A DNA stretch of 64,000 nt, taken from an uncultured delta proteobacterium (lineage in GTDB: Bacteria; Myxococcota_A; Polyangia; Polyangiales; Polyangiaceae). Position 1 is the stretch's first letter, and each line of letters begins with the position of its first letter. The position numbers and the translations under genes are program-made. The stretch spans positions 1,376,001 to 1,440,000 of the forward strand of contig CAWJCS010000005.1 of NCBI GenBank assembly GCA_963841435.1. Reading direction: 5' to 3'. The notes under the pieces are model-generated. The model did not search any database. It was not told where the DNA came from and saw only the letters and a list, made by a program, of their open reading frames with translations. Positions 1 to 7,669 of the stretch are shown here, in pieces.

Positions 1-907
1 CACCGATCGTAGCGAGCGACGCCTGACCCGTGACGCCGCCGATGAGCAGCGGCAGCTCGATCGTGTCGAGACCGAGGCGGGCGAGCCGCTCGCGGCAGTC
101 CGCCTGAACGCCTTCGCGCACGGCCCGCCGGACTCCCGCCGCGAGCGCGGCGTTCCCCGGCACGTCGTCGAACGGCAGGGACGGCGCGAGGCTCGCGAGC
201 CGCTCGCGGTCGGGCCGCGCGAACAGCTCGGCGCGCACGGCGTTCACGATCAACGCCGCAATGGGCAGCTTGAGCTCGCCTCGCACGGCGAGCACGAGCT
301 CCTCGGTCTCGTTGACGGGCAGCTCTTCCGGGAGCGTTACGACGACCACGCCCGAGCGGGATGGGTCCTGGAACATGCGCCAGGCGCGCTCGGCGTCCGC
401 GCGCAAGAGTCCCGGGGGCGATAGCTCGACGATCACCTTGGGGACGCGCAGCATGTCGAGCCCGTGGCCCGTGGCCGGCGCGTCGAGGAGCACGACGTCG
501 AAGCGCGGCGCGCCGTCGACCTCCTCGATCGAGTGGTACCAAGCCTTGCCGAGCTGGGCCCATTCCTTGAGCCCGGGGGCGCCCGCGAAGAAGCCCTGCA
601 CGTAGCGATTGTCGAACACCGCGTCGGCGAGCGCCCGGCTCCGGAGCTTCAGGTGCCCGTATTCACGGATGGCGACCTCGGGCTGCAGGCGCACGGCAGC
701 AATGCGCGGTGCGAGCTCGGTCACCTCGGGACCGAGCGGCGGTGCCCCGAAAAGCACCGAAAAGCGCTCCTTGAGTCCGGTAACCGCCACGAGCACGCGA
801 CGACCCTCGGCGGCGAGCGACAGCGCGAGCGCCGCGCACACGCTGCTCTTTCCAACACCACCCTTGCCCGTGACGAACAAGAAGCGGCGGCGATCGAGAT
901 CGAGCAT
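1..907 (-). CDS. ArsA/Get3-family ATPase (3' end runs off the window)
   Basis: Not in the ORF track. Manual translation from ATG 907 gives MLDLDRRRFLFVTGKGGVGKSSV (deviant Walker A) and later PGLKEWAQLGKAW...FDVVLLDAPATGH. Confidence 0.88.
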   Translation of the reverse strand, partial: MLDLDRRRFLFVTGKGGVGKSSVCAALALSLAAEGRRVLVAVTGLKERFSVLFGAPPLGPEVTELAPRIAAVRLQPEVAIREYGHLKLRSRALADAVFDNRYVQGFFAGAPGLKEWAQLGKAWYHSIEEVDGAPRFDVVLLDAPATGHGLDMLRVPKVIVELSPPGLLRADAERAWRMFQDPSRSGVVVVTLPEELPVNETEELVLAVRGELKLPIAALIVNAVRAELFARPDRERLASLAPSLPFDDVPGNAALAAGVRRAVREGVQADCRERLARLGLDTIELPLLIGGVTGQASLATIG

Positions 908-958
908 CGGCGAGGACGGCCCAGACCCGTGGTAAACCCCGAGCCTACCGGAGGTCAA

Positions 959-1699
959 ATGGGTCATCGAATCAGGATCGCGATCGGCCTCGGCCTGATG
1001 GCCGCGGCCTGCCACGGCACGGACGGCAAGGCGGACGAGGACGAGAACGCGGCCGCCAGCGCGAGCGAGGCTCCCCAAAAGCAGGTCCTGCCGATGCCTT
1101 CGGGCCCGAGGCTGGCCATCGAGGCCGGGGAGGGGCTCGGCGCCATCCGCTTCGGTGCCACGGTGGCCACGATCGAGCGCCTGATGCAGCGCCCTTGCGA
1201 GGTACGGACCGAGAATCTTTGCCGCTACGTGGCGCGCGGCGTGGACTTCCACCTGCTGGGGGGTGAGCTCGTCCGCGTCCACGTGCAACGCGCGGGGCGC
1301 CCCGCCGGCAACGACGTGACGGGCAAGCCCCTGGTGTTCGGATTCTTCAACGGCGGCATCCGTCCCGACCTGGCGCTCGGCATGACCCCGCAGGCGATTC
1401 AACAGTATCTCGGCAAGCCCGAGCGCATCGAGCCCATTCCCGAGCCGAACCCGCAAAACATGGTCGCGCGCGATCACTACCCGGGGCTCGTCATCGAGTA
1501 CGACCGCTTCACGAACGGCAACATCATCTTCGCGGGCGCCGAGGTGTTCAAAGACCCTCGCGTCTCGCGGCCGGACCCGCCGCCGGCCGCCCAGGCTTCG
1601 GCGGCGCCGAGCGCCGCTCTGTCCTCCGCACCCGCGCCGAGTGCAACGGCAGGCCCCGGTGCGAGCGCCGCGCCTCGGCAGCCGGAGCCGGTGCACTAG
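959..1699 (+). CDS. Hypothetical lipoprotein with Ala/Pro/Ser-rich tail
   Basis: ATG 959 follows GGAGG; MGHRIRIAIGLGLMAAAC is a lipobox-type signal; 3' part of ORF 464..1699. Confidence 0.7.
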   Translation: MGHRIRIAIGLGLMAAACHGTDGKADEDENAAASASEAPQKQVLPMPSGPRLAIEAGEGLGAIRFGATVATIERLMQRPCEVRTENLCRYVARGVDFHLLGGELVRVHVQRAGRPAGNDVTGKPLVFGFFNGGIRPDLALGMTPQAIQQYLGKPERIEPIPEPNPQNMVARDHYPGLVIEYDRFTNGNIIFAGAEVFKDPRVSRPDPPPAAQASAAPSAALSSAPAPSATAGPGASAAPRQPEPVH

Positions 1700-1708
1700 C
1701 GCCGCGCG

Positions 1709-2228
1709 TCAGAGCTGCCGGACGCGTCGCCGCTCGAGGATCGTCTGCTGCGTGATGGCACGTTGCGCCTCCACGCTCTCGATCAGCGTCCAGAACGTCG
1801 TGCTCGGGGCGCGTGCCCGTCATCTCGAGCAGGATGTCGGCGGCGCGCTCGGGCGACATCGCGCCGAAGTGACGCCCCGGCAGCTCGACGACGGCCGTGC
1901 GCGCCTTGAGCCCTTCGAGCGTGCCCAGAATGCGCTCCACGACGGCCCGGAACACGAGCTCCGAAAAGTCGCTTGCTCGTCCCAACCCGAAGACGAGCAC
2001 TTTGTCGAACACGAGCTTCGGCCGCCCCGGAACGAGCACGACCTCGCCGAGCGCACCCGTCATGAAACCCAACGTCACGAGCCTCGAGAGACGCCCACCG
2101 AGTCGGTAGTCGCAAAGGCCCGCGACACCGCGTGGGGGTCGCTCCCCGGACGCGTGCGAGCAAACCAGGATCTCGGTCCCGGCCAGGTCGAGACGCCTGA
2201 GGTCGGGCTGCGTGAAACGAAGATCCAT
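1709..2228 (-). CDS. Peptidase M17 (leucyl aminopeptidase) N-terminal-domain-like protein; apparent +1 frameshift at ~1794
   Basis: ERPPRGVAGLCDYRLGGRLSRL..G.MTGALGEVVLVPG...KVLVFGLG. Removing one base at GAACGTC (1793-1799) restores DVWTLIESVEAQRAITQQTILERRRVRQL*. Confidence 0.7.
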
Positions 2229-2290
2229 GATGCTAGACCCCTCGAGCTCCCGAAACCCGCATGGCTCGTCGCGCGGAGGGTCGCCCCCGC

Positions 2291-2729
2291 TTAGCCCGTA
2301 CCCGCCGTCGGGGGTTCCTTGGGTCGTCCGAGATCGTCCGCCACTCGATCGAGCACGCCGTTCACGAACGGACCGCTCTCCTCCGACCCGAAACGCTTGG
2401 CGAGCTCGACCGCCTCGTCGAGCACGACGGCGCGCGGCACGTCCTCGCGGTGCGCGAGCTCCCACGCGCCTAGGCGCAAAACGTTGCGATCGACGCGGGC
2501 CATGCGCTCGATCCGCCAGTTCGTGCTCGCCTTCGTGACGCGCTCGTCGAGCTCGGCAACGTGCGTGCGCACGCCGCGCACGGCCTCGTCCGCGTAGTCC
2601 TTGCCTTCGGGATCCCCCGGCAGCTCACGCCAGAAATCGGAAAATGGCCTGCTCCGGGTCCGCGCCCGAGGCTTCGATCGCGAACAGCATCTGCAGCGCG
2701 GCCTCGCGGGCGGTGGTGCGGGCTCCCAT
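2291..2729 (-). CDS. nusB: Transcription antitermination factor NusB; apparent frameshift at ~2635-2645
   Basis: N-terminus MGARTTAREAALQMLF in one frame; NWRIERMARVDRNVLRLGAWEL...VLDEAVELAKRFGSEESGPFVNGVLD in the next; indel within an A/T run. Confidence 0.92.
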
Positions 2730-2807
2730 ACGAGACCACCCGCTACCATGGCGGAAGAAGGCGAGCCATCTTGCACGAACGAAGCAAGGACCCCATGCTC
2801 GGAGCGC

Positions 2808-3647
2808 ATGACAAAGCGCCCCTTCGGACCGACCCGACGCGAAGTCGCCGTGATCGGCCAGGGCACGTGGCAAATGGAGGGAGATGATCGCGCGGGGGCC
2901 GTGCGGGCCCTCGGCGTCGGGCTCGATCTCGGCCTGACGCACGTCGATACCGCGGAGCTCTACGGGTCCGGCCGGGTCGAGAGCCTGGTGATGGACGCGA
3001 TCGCCGGCCGGCGCGACGAGGTCTTTCTCGTGAGCAAGGTGATGCCCCCGAACGCCACCAAGAAGGGAACAATCCGCGCGTGCGAGGCGAGCCTCTCGCG
3101 GCTCGGCGTCGAGCGGCTCGACTGCTACCTACTGCATTGGCCCGGATCGCACCCGCTCGAGGGAACCATCGACGCCTTCGAGGCGCTCGTTGCGAGCGGG
3201 AAGATCGCAAGCTTCGGGGTCTCGAACTTCGACGAGGCAGAGCTCGAGGAGGCGGTCGCCATCGCCGGGCCCGGCCGGATCGCAGAAAACCAGGTGCTCT
3301 ATCACCTCGGCGAACGCACCATCGAGCACGCTGTCCTTCCGTTTTGCGAGGAGCACGGCATCGCCGTGGTCGGCTACACGCCGTTCGGCGGCGGCCGCTT
3401 CCCGCCACCGGAGGGAGAGGCCGTGCTCCGCCGCATCGCAGCGTCTCACGGGGCGACGATGCGCCAAGTGGCGCTCGCGTTCCTCACGCGCCGCCCGAGC
3501 CTGTTTGCCATTCCGAAGGCCTCACGCGAGGAGCACGTGCGCGACAACGCCGGGGCCATCGGCCTTGCGCTGAGCGCCGAAGAGATCGACGCCATCGACG
3601 CGGCGTTCCCCGTGGGCAAGCGACGGCGCGGCGTTGCCACCCTGTGA
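2808..3647 (+). CDS. Aldo/keto reductase
   Basis: IGQGTW, HVDTAELYG, VFLVSK, LDCYLLHWP, GVSNF, NQVLYHL, AIPKAS motifs. Confidence 0.93.
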   Translation: MTKRPFGPTRREVAVIGQGTWQMEGDDRAGAVRALGVGLDLGLTHVDTAELYGSGRVESLVMDAIAGRRDEVFLVSKVMPPNATKKGTIRACEASLSRLGVERLDCYLLHWPGSHPLEGTIDAFEALVASGKIASFGVSNFDEAELEEAVAIAGPGRIAENQVLYHLGERTIEHAVLPFCEEHGIAVVGYTPFGGGRFPPPEGEAVLRRIAASHGATMRQVALAFLTRRPSLFAIPKASREEHVRDNAGAIGLALSAEEIDAIDAAFPVGKRRRGVATL

Positions 3648-3711
3648 CACGCCGTCTGGGCCCGAGTGCGGCTCGAACGTCTCCGGGAAATCCCAGTAGG
3701 TCTGGAGTAGG

Positions 3712-4608
3712 ATGACGATCTGGCTGGTCGGCGCACGCGGCATGCTGGGGACCGCGCTCCGTGCCCGGCTCGAGGCGGCGCGCGTCGCATTCATCACGAC
3801 CGATCTCGAGCTCGACATCGGCGAGGCCGAGCCCGTGCTCGCCTATGCCCGGCGCGAGAAGCCCACGCTGATCCTGAACGCCGCCGCCTACACGCGCGTC
3901 AACGACGCCGAAACCCACGAAGCCGAAGCGCTTCGCGCCAACGGAGCCGGCCCCGAGCATCTCGGTCGGGCAGCGACCGAGCTCGGCGCGCGAGTCGTCC
4001 ACGTCTCGACCGACTACGTCTTCGACGGCCGCGCACAGGAGCCCTATCGTGAGGACGCGCCCACGGCGCCGCAAGGCGCGTACGGTCGCACCAAGCTCGC
4101 CGGAGAGCAGCGGCTCTTCGCGGCGTGCCCCAGGGGGGCACTCGTCGTGCGCACGTCTTGGCTGTTCGGCGAGAACGGACCCAACTTCGTGCGCACCATG
4201 GCGCGCCTGCTCGCCGAGAAGGACGAGCTTCGCGTGGTGGCCGACCAGCGCGGTCGCCCGACTTACACCGGGGATCTCGCGGAGGTGCTGCTCGCGCTCG
4301 GTGGCGTGACACGGCCCGAGCCGTGCCCGCCCGGGCTCTACCACTTCGCGAACGCCGGCGAGACGACCTGGCATGGGTTCACGCTCGCGATCCGGAACGC
4401 CTGCCTCGAGGCGGGCCTGCCCGTGAAGGCCCAACGCGTCACCGCCGTCACGACGGCGGACTTTCCGCGTCCAGCACCGCGCCCAGCGTACTCGGTGCTC
4501 GACACGACCAAGATCGAGCGAGTGCTCGGGATGCTGCCCCGTCCGTTCGAGGCGCCGCTCGTGGAATATCTGGCGAGCGAGGCGGGAAGCGCGACTCATG
4601 GCCGATGA
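3712..4608 (+). CDS. rmlD: dTDP-4-dehydrorhamnose reductase
   Basis: GARGMLG, NAAAYT, HVSTDYVFDG, YGRTKLAGE, DQRGRPTY, PAPRPAYSVLD. Confidence 0.93.
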   Translation: MTIWLVGARGMLGTALRARLEAARVAFITTDLELDIGEAEPVLAYARREKPTLILNAAAYTRVNDAETHEAEALRANGAGPEHLGRAATELGARVVHVSTDYVFDGRAQEPYREDAPTAPQGAYGRTKLAGEQRLFAACPRGALVVRTSWLFGENGPNFVRTMARLLAEKDELRVVADQRGRPTYTGDLAEVLLALGGVTRPEPCPPGLYHFANAGETTWHGFTLAIRNACLEAGLPVKAQRVTAVTTADFPRPAPRPAYSVLDTTKIERVLGMLPRPFEAPLVEYLASEAGSATHGR

Positions 4609-5101
4609 CGCCCCGGAGCGCTTCCGGCGTGCGCTCGGGGCCCGCGCGGACACCGTTCACCTCGTCACGTATCGCACCGACGTAGGCCCCGTCGAAGGCA
4701 TGACGGCGACGGCCATCACCGCGCTCTCCCTCGCCCCGCCAGCGCTGCTCGCCTGCATCAACCAGTCGGCCCGGGCCCGGGACGCCATCCGAGCGCGCGG
4801 GCAGTTCGGCGTGAGCATCGTGGCCGCAACGGAGCTCGAAATCGCCCGCGCGGCCGGGCACCCGGGCGGCAACAAGGCGATCGGCGACGCGCTCGAGGAC
4901 GACGGCGACCCGTCGCGAACGCCCGTCTTGAGGAGCGCGCTCGCGTCGATGCAATGCCGCGTGGTCGAGGAGCACGATCTCTACACGCACACCGTGTTCG
5001 TCGCCGACGTGACCGAGACCTCGCTCGGACCGGCGGGCGACCCCCTCCTGCACTTCCTGGGCGGCTACGTCACGGTGGGGCCGCTTCCCAAGCCGCGCTG
5101 A
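4598..5101 (+). CDS. Flavin reductase-like protein
   Basis: FRRALG, GMTATAITALSLAPP, FGVSI, HTVFVADV, PLLHFLGGY. Confidence 0.85.
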   Translation: MADDAPERFRRALGARADTVHLVTYRTDVGPVEGMTATAITALSLAPPALLACINQSARARDAIRARGQFGVSIVAATELEIARAAGHPGGNKAIGDALEDDGDPSRTPVLRSALASMQCRVVEEHDLYTHTVFVADVTETSLGPAGDPLLHFLGGYVTVGPLPKPR

Positions 5102-5786
5102 AAATGAACCCGGCGCGTCGCTCCCAGCGCCCCTCGAACGAGTGCCCGGCAGCAAACGGACCCGCGCCCACGCCGAGCACGCCGCGAAAGCTCCCCTCGG
5201 CGAGCTCGAGGGTCACGTCCCCGAAGCCGAGGTAGGTGCCGCTCGTCGGGAACTGGCACTTGTAGACTGCCTCCTTCGCTGAAAACACGACGTGCGCGAG
5301 GATCCCCGCGTCTAGACCGACCCCGGCGGCGCGAGCGGTCTCGGCAGGCGAGCACACGCGCCGCGCGAGCGCCGGCGCCAGCGGGACGTCGGGCTCCGCG
5401 TCGACACCGAGACCCCGAAAGCGGGCACCTGGCGCGACGGCCGCCCAGCACAAACCATGCGTGTGCGTCAGGCTGCCCACCACGCCCGGGGGCCAGAGTG
5501 GCTCGCGGTGCGCGCCGGAGAGAATCGCGACGGGCGCAACGCCGAGCTCCCCGAGTGCCAGTCGCGCGCAGGCGCGGCCGCTCGCGAACTCCCGGCGCCG
5601 CTTTTCCACCGCGCGCGAGACGATGGGCTCTTCCTCGGGAAAAAGCTCGACCAGATACGTCGGATCGGCCCAGGCGCTCATGGCGCCCGGGGGCAAGATC
5701 GCGGGCGCGCCGCTCAGCGTGGGAGCCTCGGGGGTCAACCCGGCAACGCTAGCAAAAAGCGGGCGCCGGGCCGACCACGGCGCCAT
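5070..5786 (-). CDS. 4'-phosphopantetheinyl transferase (EntD/Sfp-like); start uncertain (5786 or 5681)
   Basis: KRRREFASGRACAR, PLWPPGVVGSLTHT, GLGVDAE, FSAKEAVYK. Confidence 0.9.
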   Translation of the reverse strand: MAPWSARRPLFASVAGLTPEAPTLSGAPAILPPGAMSAWADPTYLVELFPEEEPIVSRAVEKRRREFASGRACARLALGELGVAPVAILSGAHREPLWPPGVVGSLTHTHGLCWAAVAPGARFRGLGVDAEPDVPLAPALARRVCSPAETARAAGVGLDAGILAHVVFSAKEAVYKCQFPTSGTYLGFGDVTLELAEGSFRGVLGVGAGPFAAGHSFEGRWERRAGFIFSAAWEAAPP

Positions 5787-5832
5787 GCCGAGCTCACCCC
5801 GCGCGCTTCGATAACCAGGCCTTGCCGCTTCT

Positions 5833-5848
5833 TGGCATTCCGTTCGCA
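5833..5848 (+). promoter_or_regulatory. Possible sigma-54 (-24/-12) promoter
   Basis: TGGCATTCCGTTCGCA has exact GG-N10-GC spacing, about 20 nt upstream of the GH73-like ORF. Confidence 0.4.
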
Positions 5849-5867
5849 CGTCTGATGAAATGCGCAG

Positions 5868-6683
5868 GTGCTGTCGTTCACGAGGGCTCACTCCCCGGTG
5901 ATCGCGGCGCTCGCAGCGGTCTGGGTGACGGCGCGGGCGCCTGCCGCGGGCATCCGGCCGAGGCCGGAAGCCCATTCGGCCCCCAGCACGGAGACTCGCG
6001 CGCGCGAAAGCTCGCCGCCGCCCGACGGCGACCATGCCGCGGCGCCTCCCGCGAGCGCCGGCACACAAGCGCCCTCGCCGCCCGACCCCACGCCACGCTC
6101 GGCGGGAAGCGCCGCCGAGCCCGCGGCGGAGGCGGCGCGCGAGGTTAGCGCCATCGTCGAAACGAGCGCCACGCGCGGGCTCGCGGCGTACACCCCCATG
6201 AGCGAGGAAGATGCGGCCCGGCACATCGCGCGGGCGTGGCACTCCATCTTCAAAGCGGCGCCCCCCGCGAGCACGCTTTCGGTGCTCTGGGCCCACTGGG
6301 CGCACGAGACGGCACGCGGCCAGCGCATGCACGCCTACAACTTCGCCGGGCTCAAGGGGCGCGGGCCGAGCGGTGCGAGCGTCGTCGTGTGGACGCGCGA
6401 GGGCGATGCACCGAACGACCTGGTGGAGCGCTCGTTTCGAGCCTACCGGAGCCCAGCGGAAGGAGCGCGCGACTACCTGCGCCTGCTCGTGACCCGCTAC
6501 CCGTCGGCCGTGCGCGCCGCGCGCGACGGCAACGCCTACGCGTTCGCCCTGGCGCTCGACCGTGGCGGCTACTTCACGGGCGATAGCCACGTGTACACAC
6601 GTGCGCTCACGAGCCTCTCCTTCGAGTGCCGCCGGCGCGGCCTGGCCGCGGACCTCGAGGCGCCGAGCGCACCGGCCGGATGA
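5868..6683 (+). CDS. Secreted glucosaminidase/muramidase-like protein (GH73/FlgJ-like domain) after a Pro/Ala-rich linker
   Basis: AHWAHETARG...NFAGLKG...FRAYRSPAEGARDY..LL..RY...GYFTGD..Y resembles the GH73 pattern AQAALESGWG/NLFGIK/FRAY.S/GYATD. Start uncertain. Confidence 0.7.
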   Translation: MLSFTRAHSPVIAALAAVWVTARAPAAGIRPRPEAHSAPSTETRARESSPPPDGDHAAAPPASAGTQAPSPPDPTPRSAGSAAEPAAEAAREVSAIVETSATRGLAAYTPMSEEDAARHIARAWHSIFKAAPPASTLSVLWAHWAHETARGQRMHAYNFAGLKGRGPSGASVVVWTREGDAPNDLVERSFRAYRSPAEGARDYLRLLVTRYPSAVRAARDGNAYAFALALDRGGYFTGDSHVYTRALTSLSFECRRRGLAADLEAPSAPAG

Positions 6684-7519
6684 CGCTCCGCCCATTCGGG
6701 TCCACGGGGGTAAACGTTGCGCGCATTGGACAGGGCACATTCCTCATGGAGCACGCCGACCGGTCGGCCGCCGTGCGGGCAATCCGCCACGGTCTCGACC
6801 TCGGACTCAGCCACATCGACACCGCGGAGATGTACGGCGAGGGAGAGGTGGAGCGGGTGGTGAGCGAAGCGACGGCCGGGCGGCGCGACGAGGTTTTCCT
6901 CGTGAGCAAGGTGCTCCCCTCGAATGCCAGCCGCAGCGGGACCGTGCGGGCCTGCGAAGCGAGCTTGAAGCGACTCGGGACCGATCACCTGGATGCGTTC
7001 CTCCTGCACTGGCCAGGAAGCCATCCGCTCGAGGACACCATCGCCGCCTTCGAGGAGCTCGTCCAGGCAGGCAAGATCCGGTCGTACGGCGTCAGCAACT
7101 TCGACGAAGTGGAGCTCGCGAGAGCCGTCGCCCTTTCAGGGCCGGGGCGGATCGCGTGCAACCAAGTTCTCTACCATCTCGGGGAGCGGACGAACGAGCA
7201 CCGCGTCATCCCTGCTTGCGAGGCACACGGGGTGGCCGTGGTCGCCTACACGCCGTTCGGTCGCGCCACTTTTCCCCCAGCGACAGGCGCCGAAACATTG
7301 TCGCGCATTGCGCGCGAACGAGGAACCACGGCACACGCGCTGGCACTCGCGTTTCTCACGCGAAAGAACGCCGTGTTCGCCATCCCCAAAGCGTCCGCCC
7401 CTCAGCACCAGGCCGCGAACGCCGAGGCCATGCGGCTCGCGCTCACCGACGACGAGATCCTCGCCCTCGAGGCCGCGTTTCCAATCGCCCCGCGGCGCTG
7501 TGGCGTGGCGCGAATCTAA
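6680..7519 (+). CDS. Aldo/keto reductase (paralog of 2808..3647)
   Basis: IGQGTF, HIDTAEMYG, VFLVSK, LLHWP, GVSNF, NQVLYHL; ATGA overlap with the upstream stop codon. Confidence 0.93.
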   Translation: MTLRPFGSTGVNVARIGQGTFLMEHADRSAAVRAIRHGLDLGLSHIDTAEMYGEGEVERVVSEATAGRRDEVFLVSKVLPSNASRSGTVRACEASLKRLGTDHLDAFLLHWPGSHPLEDTIAAFEELVQAGKIRSYGVSNFDEVELARAVALSGPGRIACNQVLYHLGERTNEHRVIPACEAHGVAVVAYTPFGRATFPPATGAETLSRIARERGTTAHALALAFLTRKNAVFAIPKASAPQHQAANAEAMRLALTDDEILALEAAFPIAPRRCGVARI

Positions 7520-7553
7520 GTCACGAATCTCGGTGATGTAGTGCTCGCGCCAG

Positions 7554-7585
7554 CGTTTGACAGGAGGTTTGCCGGGGGTAGTCTC
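7554..7585 (+). promoter_or_regulatory. Sigma-70-like promoter upstream of the Ser/Thr kinase gene
   Basis: TTGACA (7557-7562), 16-nt spacer, TAGTCT (7579-7584), in an intergenic region. Confidence 0.55.
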
Positions 7586-7669
7586 ATGCCTCGCAGACAG
7601 TTGAGCCATGCATCACATCCCGCCGTGGTTCGAGTGGTGCTCTTCATGTCGTCCGAGGAGCCCAGCTGA

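Noticed and set aside
7586-7669. 27-codon ORF abutting the kinase start in frame
   Set aside because: No RBS or leader-peptide features; the kinase has its own GAGGAG before GTG 7670.
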